IMG/VR virus record: IMGVR_UViG_3300014205_000015
Span: 13,731 to 77,730 of that record
Length of the DNA stretch: 64,000 nt
Origin: a virus
Taxonomy: Duplodnaviria; Caudoviricetes
Direction: 5' to 3' (one strand)
The notes under the pieces were generated by a model. The model saw only the letters and a program-made list of their open reading frames with translations, did not search any database and was not told the DNA's origin. Made by a program: the position numbers and the translations under genes. Numbering within the stretch: position 1 is the first letter of the stretch; each line of letters opens with the position of its first letter. Shown one piece after another: positions 23,259-33,047 of this stretch.

Positions 23259-24377
23259 ATGGCACTAGGCATTGAGCAAATTGATGATTTCGTAGCCAGT
23301 ATCCACGATAAATTCGCTGGAGAAGACCGGCTTGCCGCGCAGGATATCTCCCTGCCGCTGCAAGAGTACAAGTACGCATCGCGCCTTTTCAGCGGAAATC
23401 TGAAGAAGGACACGATGAGCACTTCGCAGTGTAAGTGGAAGGTCAAGGTTAACACCAACGACAACTTCCAGCCGGTCGGACTGTATCACCGAGATTCATC
23501 GACTCGGGTGAACGTCCTCAGTGAAGGCGAGTTGAAGTGGGCGTTGACGACCAACAACTACCACTACGACATCGACGAGGAAATCTTCCAGACTGGTGGT
23601 CGGCAGATTTACGACTACATCGAATCCATGGAGCGGGATTTGATGACTTCGTTCTACACAGGAATGGAAGACTTGATTTTCGGACCTGGACCAGCCGGAC
23701 CGACTGAATCCCCGTTCACGGTCGCTTCTCTGTTGTGGTGGATCACCGCTACGGACGACAGCACGACCGAGAACAATTCGGAAGAAGGGTTCGACGGCTA
23801 CGCTCCGGTTGGTTGGGGCTCGACTGGTGTTGGTGGAATCGACCCCACGGTTTACGCACAGTGGAGGAACCGAACGTTCCCCTACACCAATGTGGACCGG
23901 GACGATTTTGTGGAGAAGGTCATCAACTCGATGGACCTGTGCCAGTTCACTCCTCCTGTTCAGCGCCCTGACATCGTGGACCAGAAGCGTCACGACTGGG
24001 AACTGCTGACCACCCACAGCCGTTTAGCCGCTGCACGCCGTCTGCTCCAACTGGGCAACGATAACATCGGTGACGACATGGCGGCGCACAGCGGCACGGT
24101 TTATGTCCGTGGTGTTCCGCTCAACTGGGTTCCAGCCTGGACTAATGCTGCCAGCGAAAATGCTCGCACGGACGGTATCATCCTGGGCGTTAACTGGGCT
24201 ACCTTCCGAGCCTACTACGCTGCCGGTCGCCAGATGCGCAAGCGAAAGGCGTTCCAGCATCCTGAAATGAGCAACGTTCGCGTTCGCTGCATGGACGATG
24301 CAGTGCAGATGGTGTGCTTCAATCGCCGCGGTAACTTCCGTGGATATTGCACAAGCACTGTAACTGAAACCGCTTAA
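23259..24377 (+). CDS. major capsid protein
   Basis: 372 aa after the scaffold; AAGGAA RBS; capsid-like composition. Confidence 0.8.
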   Translation: MALGIEQIDDFVASIHDKFAGEDRLAAQDISLPLQEYKYASRLFSGNLKKDTMSTSQCKWKVKVNTNDNFQPVGLYHRDSSTRVNVLSEGELKWALTTNNYHYDIDEEIFQTGGRQIYDYIESMERDLMTSFYTGMEDLIFGPGPAGPTESPFTVASLLWWITATDDSTTENNSEEGFDGYAPVGWGSTGVGGIDPTVYAQWRNRTFPYTNVDRDDFVEKVINSMDLCQFTPPVQRPDIVDQKRHDWELLTTHSRLAAARRLLQLGNDNIGDDMAAHSGTVYVRGVPLNWVPAWTNAASENARTDGIILGVNWATFRAYYAAGRQMRKRKAFQHPEMSNVRVRCMDDAVQMVCFNRRGNFRGYCTSTVTETA

Positions 24378-24513
24378 GGTTTTGTCCACAATTGTGGACA
24401 AATCTGAGGCTCAAGAAAACGTCGTATGGGGGCGGTGACGTAAAACAAAACGCCCCTTGTTTCGGTGATTACTGTAACAGCCGCAAACATTCTAATGCGG
24501 CAAAGGATTTGAA

Positions 24514-25410
24514 ATGGCAATGCTTACTTTTAGTGAACTTCATGGTGACCGACTGTACTCTCCGAAGTTGTGGCGTGGGCTTGCGCCTCCGCTGACTTCG
24601 GGACCGTTCACGTCTCCATCTGGGAATCCAGCCATCGGCGTGTTCGATGACTTTGTGGGATTTGGCGGCACGCTCAGTACGAATACTGGTTCGTACTACA
24701 GTGGGGTGAACCGCTACATCTCCTACCAGACCGCCAGCACTTTGCTGACGAACGTGGCTTTGACGCCGACTCCGGCTAGTGTCGCACCAACAAGCATTGG
24801 GGCGGTTATCTTCCAACCGGCTTCGGGCATTACGGACAATGACCAAATCTCCTTGCAATGGGGCGGTCACGAACTGACTCCGTTTGGGTCGTTCCCGTTT
24901 GCGGTCATTCCTGGCATGAGCAAGGACTTGGCGTTCGAGTGCCGTTTGAAGGTGAACACTATCTCCAACAGTATCGGGGATATCTTCATCGGCTTGGCTG
25001 GTGCAGCTGGAGTTGCTCCAGCAGCTCAAAATGTTCCTATTACTGCGACCGCCGACACGTTGGCGACTACAGTGAGCCTGTTGGGCTTCCATAAGCTCTC
25101 TGGTGACGGTGACAAAGTTGATTTTGCTTACGAGCGTGCCAGTGGTACGACCGCATACAAGACCGACGTGGCTACCCTTGTTGCGGACACCTACATCAAG
25201 CTGGGCTTCCGCTACTCGGGACGGACTAAGACTGTCTCGCTGTTTGTGGATGGTGCGGAAGTGACTGCCTCTCGCGTGGCTGCTTCGGTAACGGGTGCAA
25301 CTCCGTGGCCGAACGACTTCATGGCGCCGATGCTTGCAACCATGCAAGTCGATGGCACAACCGCAATGACGCCGACAGTGGATTGGTACGCCTGCGCTCA
25401 GTACGTGTAA
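24514..25410 (+). CDS. putative capsid decoration / minor structural protein
   Basis: Beta-rich 298-aa protein right after the MCP. Confidence 0.55.
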   Translation: MAMLTFSELHGDRLYSPKLWRGLAPPLTSGPFTSPSGNPAIGVFDDFVGFGGTLSTNTGSYYSGVNRYISYQTASTLLTNVALTPTPASVAPTSIGAVIFQPASGITDNDQISLQWGGHELTPFGSFPFAVIPGMSKDLAFECRLKVNTISNSIGDIFIGLAGAAGVAPAAQNVPITATADTLATTVSLLGFHKLSGDGDKVDFAYERASGTTAYKTDVATLVADTYIKLGFRYSGRTKTVSLFVDGAEVTASRVAASVTGATPWPNDFMAPMLATMQVDGTTAMTPTVDWYACAQYV

Positions 25411-25489
25411 CAGTCTGTAGAGTGGGGGCGGGCACTGGCTCGCCCCCAAGCTACGCTGGTTTTTAGTGTTGTCGGGTGAGAGGGAAGCT

Positions 25490-26740
25490 ATGACCACAAA
25501 AGCGGTAATCTCGACCTACACAACGGGGCAGACTCTGTACTGGTTCCCGATTAGCCGTTCGCTAGCTGACTGGACGACATATCGAGTCTTAGCTACGGAA
25601 GCTAGTGCGCCCAATTTAGGCAGATACTCAGCCACACTGGACTCTGACAATGCTGACTTAACAGCAGATCCAGACGCAACGTTTGTATTGTTTTCGGGTA
25701 CGGCTCAGCCGAGCAGTTTCACCGAAGCCTTGCAGACAACCGATGTAATCGACCAAACGGATACAGCATCAAGTGGCGTTGTCGATGCAAGCTCCTCAAC
25801 GCTAGGGCAGCGAGTGGGGCATTACTTGTTTGGCATTCGCAGTGGGTTCTCGACAGACCAAGAGGACGACATCAACGACTGTGTGCATGATGGGCTGTAC
25901 CGGGTGTACACTGCGCACGCATGGTCTTTCCTGCGACCCGTGGCTGACGTGACCACTACAGCGCCTTACGCCACTGGAACTATCACGGTAGCGTCAGGGG
26001 TGGTAACGCTCTCAGGAGGGACGTTCCCGTCATGGGCTGCAGATGGCACGCTGCAGGTTAGCAACCAGTATTACTCGGTATCCAGCCGAGACAGTGACAC
26101 ACAAATCACTCTGGATTCGACATCAGCAACCGTTTCCTCTGCCGCAAGCTATCAGCTAGCCAGACCGGAAATACCACTGGACGCTGCGTTCGACTCGGTG
26201 GCGAATGATAGCGACTTGACCTACTATCCAAGTCCCGACTACTGGTATCCGCCAGTGAGATGGCGGCACGACTCGTTGATTCGCCAGCTCGAGGGCAACA
26301 ATCCAGAGTTTGACCGACCAGTGTACTATTCGGTCAGAACGGTGACGTTCGATGCAACAGTCGGCAGTCGCAAGGTACTGGCGCTATACCCAGCACCAGA
26401 CCAAGCCTACACGCTCAGGGTGCCGATGATTCTGAGACCAGTGCTGATTGACGATACAAACCTCTATGCAATTGGCGGAGAGGTTCTGAGCCAGGTTATC
26501 TTGGAAGCGTGCTTGGCAGCTGCTGAGCACAACTTCGAAGAGAGAGAACACGTTCACGAGAAGCGGTTCATGGAATTGATTGGTCTGGCGATTCGTGAGG
26601 ACCAAGAGCGTTCTAGCCCTACGAGTTTAGGACCAGACGGCTCACGCTTTGGACGCGGCGGTTTTGGTGTGGTAGATTATGCGTACCGACTGCGAGAGCA
26701 GCGAATGGGTGGATTAACGCTGGATGGCACGAGTCTATAG
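25490..26740 (+). CDS. putative head-tail adaptor protein
   Basis: Position; C-terminal half with LYPAPDQAYTL and LEACLAAAE adaptor-like motifs. Confidence 0.55.
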   Translation: MTTKAVISTYTTGQTLYWFPISRSLADWTTYRVLATEASAPNLGRYSATLDSDNADLTADPDATFVLFSGTAQPSSFTEALQTTDVIDQTDTASSGVVDASSSTLGQRVGHYLFGIRSGFSTDQEDDINDCVHDGLYRVYTAHAWSFLRPVADVTTTAPYATGTITVASGVVTLSGGTFPSWAADGTLQVSNQYYSVSSRDSDTQITLDSTSATVSSAASYQLARPEIPLDAAFDSVANDSDLTYYPSPDYWYPPVRWRHDSLIRQLEGNNPEFDRPVYYSVRTVTFDATVGSRKVLALYPAPDQAYTLRVPMILRPVLIDDTNLYAIGGEVLSQVILEACLAAAEHNFEEREHVHEKRFMELIGLAIREDQERSSPTSLGPDGSRFGRGGFGVVDYAYRLREQRMGGLTLDGTSL

Positions 26741-26763
26741 CTCACTAGGAAGAGACCAATACT

Positions 26764-27147
26764 ATGTTTTCATCAGCCAAGGTTGACATTCTTACAGACG
26801 CCAGCGGCGATGCGACCGTTTACATTTCGCACGCGCAGAGCAGAGGGGTTAACGGTTTCCTGGTAATGCTGAAGTACACCCCAGGAACGCTGGCAACCGG
26901 GGCAGACTTGACGATTACCGGAGAGGCTAGTGGAGTGCCGATTTTGACGGTAACAAACGCTGGCACCGACAATGTGTTTTACTACCCTCGCGCACTGAAC
27001 AATGCAGTAGCGGACGCCGCAGCGGGTTCTGCTGGCACCGAATTCATACCGATTAAAGACGAACGCATTAAAGTTGTCATTGCTCAAGGTGGCAATGCCG
27101 GGGCGGGTTCAATTGAAGCCACCCTGATGGTTAATTCACCTTACTAG
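26764..27147 (+). CDS. virion structural protein (hypothetical)
   Basis: 127 aa, Gly/Thr/Ala-rich beta protein. Confidence 0.6.
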   Translation: MFSSAKVDILTDASGDATVYISHAQSRGVNGFLVMLKYTPGTLATGADLTITGEASGVPILTVTNAGTDNVFYYPRALNNAVADAAAGSAGTEFIPIKDERIKVVIAQGGNAGAGSIEATLMVNSPY

Positions 27148-27204
27148 ACCTTTGTTACTTCGGGCGCAAGCCTGTTCCTCCCCTTTTCCAAAAGGAATGC
27201 TGAA

Positions 27205-27564
27205 ATGTCACATCGAATCCACTACGACCTGTATAGAGCCGCAAAACAAATGGCGGACCCAGGCAATACGAAAACCATTCGCGTCACAGAAGACTTGAAA
27301 ATCTGCGAGATGACGACTGGCGGTTCTGGCGAAACTCGCACACTCGCTAATCCAACCAAGGCGGGGCTGCGATTTGTTCTGCGCCTGCATACTGATGGTG
27401 GCGGGGATGCAGTTGTTACTGCGGCGAACGGTCTGAACGTGACCGGCAACACTCAGGCTACCTTCGCTGACGCTGGCGACCTGCTGTCCTTGGTGTCTGT
27501 CACTCATACCACTGGTTACAGGTGGGAAATCGACGTAAACACTGGGAGTGTAGCACTCGCTTAA
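27205..27564 (+). CDS. structural protein, paralog 1 (SHRIHYDLY...ETRTLANPTK)
   Basis: Clear similarity to the next gene. Confidence 0.7.
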   Translation: MSHRIHYDLYRAAKQMADPGNTKTIRVTEDLKICEMTTGGSGETRTLANPTKAGLRFVLRLHTDGGGDAVVTAANGLNVTGNTQATFADAGDLLSLVSVTHTTGYRWEIDVNTGSVALA

Positions 27565-27611
27565 TATCTGGGTATTTAACCCTATTCCTCTTTTCCGAAA
27601 GGAAATGTTCC

Positions 27612-28238
27612 TTGAGTATTTCACCTCATCGTATTTTGCACGACCTTTATAGGGGTCCGAAGCTAATTACCGACCCTGGTAACGGCGGCACCATTCTTGC
27701 CAACGCGGATCTCCAGGTATGCGAACTGACCAGTGGCGCGTCCGCTGAAACTCGCACACTTGCCAATCCAACCAAGCCTGGGATACGCGCGGTTTTACGC
27801 CTTCTCACCGATGGCGGTGGTGCTATTACGGTCACTTCGGCAAACGGATTGAACGTAGCACTGACTACGACCGTTGTATTTGCAGATGCTGGGGATAGCG
27901 TGTCGCTGATTTCCGTATCACGGACAGCAACCACGTATCGCTGGGAAGTGCTTGTGCGGACCGGCGCGGCGGTAGCTACAGCCACCGCAACAGCTACGTC
28001 CAGTGCAACGTCTACATCGTCCGTGACTGCCACTGGAACTTCGACTTCTACTGCCACAGCCACTGCAACGAGCAGTAGTACGCAGTCGATATCCGGTTCG
28101 GATACGGCTTCTGGAACGTTCAGTGCTTCGGCATCCAGAACTTCCACTGCAACAGCAACGTCCACTGGAACGAGCACGACTTCGGTATCTGCAACTGGCA
28201 CATCTTCGTCCACCGCAACGGCTACAGCAACTCAGTAA
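27612..28238 (+). CDS. structural protein, paralog 2, with a Ser/Thr/Ala-rich tail
   Basis: TTG start after GAAAGGAA; paralog of 27205; ~90-aa S/T-rich C-terminus. Confidence 0.75.
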   Translation: MSISPHRILHDLYRGPKLITDPGNGGTILANADLQVCELTSGASAETRTLANPTKPGIRAVLRLLTDGGGAITVTSANGLNVALTTTVVFADAGDSVSLISVSRTATTYRWEVLVRTGAAVATATATATSSATSTSSVTATGTSTSTATATATSSSTQSISGSDTASGTFSASASRTSTATATSTGTSTTSVSATGTSSSTATATATQ

Positions 28239-28253
28239 AGGAAGGTTCAGTCC

Positions 28254-28862
28254 ATGGCTTTTGATAAAACGCCAACCACATGGCTGGCAAGCTGGTCGGA
28301 AAACGGCACGGACATTACCGTGCCGATTGCGACCTTTCCAGAGTTGACTGCAGCCGAGGCAGATGCGGCTACCGGAGACATTCGCAAGATTGCCTTCGCC
28401 ATCATCGAAAAGCTCTACAGTGTGTACAACAGCACGGTGGAAGCAGACCGTCCTATAAAATGGACGATTAGGAAATCTGCCTCAGTAGATGCTGTTCGCA
28501 ACGTAATGAAGAGTCAGTACGTTGTCTGGTTCGAGACGGAAATCGGGACACAGGAAGTAGCTGACGAGACTTCCAGTTCCGCGACGGCTACTGGTACATC
28601 GACAGCTTCGGCTACAGCAACATCGTCGTCCACTTCCACGGCAACTCCAACTGCTACGTCTACCTCGACAGGCAGCAGCACGAGTACCAGCACACAGTCG
28701 ATCTCTGGGTCAGATACCGCTTCTGGTACATTCAGTGCTTCGGCTACTTCTACGGGTTCAGCTACCTCGACATCGACATCGACGAAGACTGCAACACCGA
28801 CAGCAACTTCCAGCAGCACGCTTTCAAGCACCGCAACAGCGACGGCTACAGCTACTCAATAA
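28254..28862 (+). CDS. structural protein with a Ser/Thr/Ala-rich tail
   Basis: Shares STQSISGSDTASGTFSASA and the terminal TATATQ with the previous gene. Confidence 0.75.
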   Translation: MAFDKTPTTWLASWSENGTDITVPIATFPELTAAEADAATGDIRKIAFAIIEKLYSVYNSTVEADRPIKWTIRKSASVDAVRNVMKSQYVVWFETEIGTQEVADETSSSATATGTSTASATATSSSTSTATPTATSTSTGSSTSTSTQSISGSDTASGTFSASATSTGSATSTSTSTKTATPTATSSSTLSSTATATATATQ

Positions 28863-28871
28863 GGATGGGCT

Positions 28872-29504
28872 ATGCAGTTTCAAGAGGCACTGGCAAGACG
28901 CTTCAATTTCGTTGGCAGGGCGGACAGGGACAATCTCCCGTCCGCTGCTATCCACCGAGCCAATTGGGGTCCGGCTGGAGACCACGGAAGGCAGTCGCTA
29001 GCTAGGATGCTTGGCGACTTGGGGTATCGGGAAGGAGTGGAAATCGGTACGCATCGCGCAGAGTCGTCAGTAATGTGGCTCAAGCGTGCCCCTGGTTTGC
29101 ATTTGACGTGCATTGACCCGTATGCAACGTATGCCGCTAGACAATCCCAGAGGCTACAGGATTCTATCTACGCTGGGGCGGTCGAAAGATTGAAGCCTTA
29201 CAATGCAGACATTATCCGCGCAGCTAGCCTGGATGTTGTTGGTAGCTTCGAAGATGGCTCGATTGACTTCCTCTACATTGACGGGGACCACGAATTCGAC
29301 CCTGTTATGCAAGACTTAATCTGTTGGGCGCCCAAGGTGCGTAGTGGCGGAATGATTGTGCTGCACGACTACTGTGTAGTGTGGCGCGGCGGTGTGATGA
29401 AAGCAGTGGACGCTTACACTTCAGCGCACCGCATTGACCCGTGGTACGTCACTAGGGACGCCAACCCGTGTGCCTTCTGGGAGAAGGGAACAGAGCGGGC
29501 ATGA
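28872..29504 (+). CDS. class I SAM-dependent methyltransferase (Methyltransf_24-like)
   Basis: GVEIGTHRAES, IDPY, DFLYIDGDH, GGMIVLHDY. Confidence 0.85.
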   Translation: MQFQEALARRFNFVGRADRDNLPSAAIHRANWGPAGDHGRQSLARMLGDLGYREGVEIGTHRAESSVMWLKRAPGLHLTCIDPYATYAARQSQRLQDSIYAGAVERLKPYNADIIRAASLDVVGSFEDGSIDFLYIDGDHEFDPVMQDLICWAPKVRSGGMIVLHDYCVVWRGGVMKAVDAYTSAHRIDPWYVTRDANPCAFWEKGTERA

Positions 29505-30121
29505 AGCGGCTATCAATTGGTAAATTGTGTGAATGTGGGTGCGGAAAGCCTGCGCCAATCGCAAAAAACACAGATAAGCGCCGTGGCCATATTAAGGGAC
29601 AGTCGCTCCGATTCATTCGCGGACACCACCCAGTTCCAAACAGGTATCGGTTCTGCGAGCAGGACAGAGCAAAGAGTGGTACGCCGCGAGGGTACAAATA
29701 CTCCAGCGAACGCAATCGAAAGATTCGTGAGGCTAAGCTCGCTCGCGGCTTCAAGGGACCGACGTTTGGTCTTAAAAGTTCTACCGAAACAAAGGCAAAG
29801 CATAGGAGCATCGCCATTGAAAATAAACATCACCGGCACTTCCCGAACAGGACTGACGAAGCGTCGGCCAACTGGAAGGGTGGAGGGATGTCGTACTGGA
29901 GGCGCAAAGCTCTGAAGCGTGATGAATATACGTGCCAGCGCTGTGGCCTGAGAGATGAAGACATTATGTGCGTAGACCACATAAAGCCAAAGGCTCTATA
30001 TCCAGAACTGTACTTAGATTTGGAAAACCTACAGACATTGTGCCCTAATTGTCATGCGCGCAAAAGCAATGCCGAGAAGAAGGTTATCCTGCAAGCAAAA
30101 AGGGCTTCTCAATGCGGTTAA
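29501..30121 (+). CDS. HNH endonuclease with NUMOD3-like segment
   Basis: CECGCG, CQRCG...VDHIKP...ENLQTLCPNCH. Confidence 0.85.
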   Translation: MKRLSIGKLCECGCGKPAPIAKNTDKRRGHIKGQSLRFIRGHHPVPNRYRFCEQDRAKSGTPRGYKYSSERNRKIREAKLARGFKGPTFGLKSSTETKAKHRSIAIENKHHRHFPNRTDEASANWKGGGMSYWRRKALKRDEYTCQRCGLRDEDIMCVDHIKPKALYPELYLDLENLQTLCPNCHARKSNAEKKVILQAKRASQCG

Positions 30122-30852
30122 GTTTGGTCGTGCCCGTACTCAACAGCCACCAGGCACTGCACAGGCAGCTGCTTCACCTGGAGCGCATTGGCTTACCAGA
30201 GGGCACGGAGGTAATCATTGTCGACGATGGAAGTGAACCTCCCCTAGAGAATACTTCCAATCTGCCAGTAACCATTCATCAGACGCACGATACCCGCCCC
30301 TGGACGTGGGCACCAGCCAGGAATGCCGGCGCGAGGCTAGCCAAGGGCGAATACCTGCTGATGTTCGACCTGGACCACATTATCACCCGCGAACTGCTAG
30401 ACTTTGTTGTGGCTCAGGATGCGCCCCGCATTCACTTCCAACGGCGCTTCGGAGTCCTGGACGAGAATGGTGAACTGCACACTGACCGCCAAACACTGAA
30501 GGACTGGGGGCTAATCGGTGAGCGCTCCCGAATCGAATCGCACCAGAACAGTTTTGCGATGAAGAAGAATCTGTTCTGGGAACTGGGCGGATATCGGGAA
30601 GACTTGATTGGCAAGCCGTACCCACAAGGCGAAGACAGTGGTTTCTACGCCAAGTGGAAGGAGTACAGCGAGAAGACGGGTGTATCGTCCGTAGAAGGTC
30701 CAACGCTGTATGTCTTCCCGACTGGGCGGTTTTGTGGGGATGTCGACCATGATGAGCACGGGCTGTTTCACAGTCTGTCGCGCAAAAGCAAGAACAATTA
30801 CTGGTGGAATCGTCAAAGGAAACAGGAATGTCAGGATTTGCCAAAGACCTAA
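30112..30852 (+). CDS. glycosyltransferase family 2 (GT-A)
   Basis: LSLVVPVLN, IIVDDGS, ARNAG, FDLD (DxD), GEDSG. Confidence 0.88.
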   Translation: MRLSLVVPVLNSHQALHRQLLHLERIGLPEGTEVIIVDDGSEPPLENTSNLPVTIHQTHDTRPWTWAPARNAGARLAKGEYLLMFDLDHIITRELLDFVVAQDAPRIHFQRRFGVLDENGELHTDRQTLKDWGLIGERSRIESHQNSFAMKKNLFWELGGYREDLIGKPYPQGEDSGFYAKWKEYSEKTGVSSVEGPTLYVFPTGRFCGDVDHDEHGLFHSLSRKSKNNYWWNRQRKQECQDLPKT

Positions 30853-31844
30853 GCGTAATCGTTGCGGGGCGCAATGAGGAATTTCACGCCCAGACCGTCG
30901 AGGACGTGCTGGCTCATGCCCACGCCGATACAGAGGTTATTTGTATTTTGGACGGTGGTTGGCCGCCTAACCGGGGAATCCAAGACCATCCTCGAGTGAA
31001 GGTGGTCAAGACGACAGAAGCTATTGGACAAAGAGCAGCCACGAACCTTGGCGCGTCCATGAGTCGCGCAAAGTATATTCTTAAGCTGGACGCCCATTGC
31101 CACATGGATGACGGGTTCGACGTGAAGATGATGAATAGGATGGAGCCTGATTTCACCGCCACCCCAGCCATGTATCGCTTGCATGCTTTCGACTGGGCGT
31201 GCAATGAGTGCGGGCATTGCGAGTACCAGGGTAGTCAGCCAGAGAAGTGCCCAACGTGTGATGCGAACAGCTGGTATAAGCTCTTGAGATGGGAACCGAA
31301 GTGGAAGGCTGGTCAAACAGTTTCATGGCGACTGGACAACGAACTTCACTTCCAATATTGGAATGACCACCGGAAGCAACCAGAAGTCCAAGAACAGATG
31401 AAGTCAGGGGTTGTTGAAACCATGACCTGTATCGGCTGCTGCTTCATGATGGAGCGAGAGCGGTTCTGGGAACTTGGTGGCATGGATGAGGGGCACGGCG
31501 GGCAGGCGGGCTGGGGGCAGTACGGCTGCGAACTAGCCCTCAAGGCGTGGCTGTCAGGCGGCAAGATGGTCACGATAACTGATACGTGGGTGGCTCATCT
31601 CTTCCGCACTGGAAACTTCTCAGCGCGAGGTGAGAGCACATTCCCTTACCCCCTTTCGGGTTCGGACCAAGAACGGGCTAGGCTGTATTCGCGGGATTAC
31701 TGGCGCAATGGTCGCTTTGACAAACAAGTACGTCCCTTGTCCTGGCTAGTAGAGAAGTTCTTCCCGATTCCAGGCTGGGACGAAGAAGACCTAGCGGAAC
31801 AAAAGAAGAAAGAGCAATCACTGGAACTGGTGCATGCCGACTAA
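30828..31844 (+). CDS. glycosyltransferase family 2 with zinc-ribbon insert
   Basis: LSVIVAGRNE, ILDG, RAATNLGA, LDAHC, GGMDEG, WVAHLFR; resembles polypeptide GalNAc-transferase-type GT-A. Confidence 0.85.
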   Translation: MSGFAKDLSVIVAGRNEEFHAQTVEDVLAHAHADTEVICILDGGWPPNRGIQDHPRVKVVKTTEAIGQRAATNLGASMSRAKYILKLDAHCHMDDGFDVKMMNRMEPDFTATPAMYRLHAFDWACNECGHCEYQGSQPEKCPTCDANSWYKLLRWEPKWKAGQTVSWRLDNELHFQYWNDHRKQPEVQEQMKSGVVETMTCIGCCFMMERERFWELGGMDEGHGGQAGWGQYGCELALKAWLSGGKMVTITDTWVAHLFRTGNFSARGESTFPYPLSGSDQERARLYSRDYWRNGRFDKQVRPLSWLVEKFFPIPGWDEEDLAEQKKKEQSLELVHAD

Positions 31845-32316
31845 GGAACTATTACCGACCCCACTCACGGAATTGATTGCGGGAACTTCGTTCGCAGACG
31901 GAAACCGCAAGGATGGCAAGCATTACTGGTTAACACCGCCAGACGTGCTTGCCAGACTGGATGAGGAATTTGGTTTCACGTTTGATGCGTGCCCATTTCC
32001 CAAGCCAGACGACTTTGATGGACTCATCGGCGAGTGGGGCGAATCGACGTATGTAAATCCGCCGTTTGGCTCCATTATCCATGACGGAAAGAAGAAGGGT
32101 CCAACGGCGTGGGCAAGGAAAGTAATCGAGGAAGCGGCTAAAGGCAAGACGGTCGTGATGGTCTACCCGATTCCGAAGTGGGTGTTAATGCTCTTGGAGG
32201 CTGGCGCTGAGGTCAGGAATTTAGGCGACGTGAAGTGGTGTGCAACCGAAGACGGCACGCCTGGACCTGGGATTGGTCAGCACGTCGCGTGCTTCGTCTT
32301 CAATGCAAAGGCGTAA
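31834..32316 (+). CDS. phage Dam-type DNA N6-adenine methyltransferase
   Basis: YWLTPP...FTFDACP...YVNPPF catalytic motif. Confidence 0.8.
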   Translation: MPTKELLPTPLTELIAGTSFADGNRKDGKHYWLTPPDVLARLDEEFGFTFDACPFPKPDDFDGLIGEWGESTYVNPPFGSIIHDGKKKGPTAWARKVIEEAAKGKTVVMVYPIPKWVLMLLEAGAEVRNLGDVKWCATEDGTPGPGIGQHVACFVFNAKA

Positions 32317-32320
32317 TGTG

Positions 32321-32947
32321 TTATCTCTTTACGGGTTCAGTCAAAGCACGCTCTATGGACCAGCCACGCTTCAGTCGCATGTGCACCGTTTTATAGTTGA
32401 TCCCCGATTTGATAGCCAAGTCCTTCAGGCAGAGGGTTTCACCCTCGAACGTCAGAAAGATGGTTGTTCGCCTGTTGCGAGCTTGCTCTCCTGGAGTTGC
32501 CCATCGGCAATTTTCAGGGAAATAGCCTTGCGAGCCATCTATTCTGTCAACGGTGTGAGACGGGGATGGTCTAGGACCCATATCAGAGTAGAAGTTCTGA
32601 AACGACTTCCATCTAGCGCATACTGCGATGCCGTTTTGCCCATAGCGATGGAAAGACTTGCAGTTCTGGTTGTTGCAGCGTTCCTTCATTTTTTGCCAAG
32701 AACAGTATTCTGGTGTGCCTTTCATGCCGTGCTGTTCTTGATTGCACGATTTGCAACCACGGCTACGATCCCCAGTCAGTGCGGTTCCGTTGATCGCCTT
32801 TTCTATTCCGCACTCGCACCGGCAGTTCCAGTAGGCATGCGTAGATGGATGGTTTGCTGCCTCACTAATGACCGTCCATTTACCGAACCGTTTCCCGGTC
32901 AGGTCTTTGAATCTATTTCCCCGACGAGTAGAATCTCTGTCAGCCAT
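32321..32947 (-). CDS. HNH homing-endonuclease-like protein
   Basis: DLTGKRFGKWTV...CRCECG, TVDRIDGSQGYFPENCRWAT; inverted in the structural operon. Confidence 0.85.
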   Translation of the reverse strand: MADRDSTRRGNRFKDLTGKRFGKWTVISEAANHPSTHAYWNCRCECGIEKAINGTALTGDRSRGCKSCNQEQHGMKGTPEYCSWQKMKERCNNQNCKSFHRYGQNGIAVCARWKSFQNFYSDMGPRPSPSHTVDRIDGSQGYFPENCRWATPGEQARNRRTTIFLTFEGETLCLKDLAIKSGINYKTVHMRLKRGWSIERALTEPVKR

Positions 32948-33047
32948 GATTTTGTTCCCTTGAAACAAGTTGTGGTTAGAACAGCCCTGGCGCTACAACG
33001 CCTTGGCTGTTTGTATTTTAACACTTCTGTCGTGGGAGAAGCAAGCC

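Noticed and set aside
27647-28831. Val/Ala/Asp-rich minus-strand ORFs
   Set aside because: Antisense shadows of the Ser/Thr-rich tails
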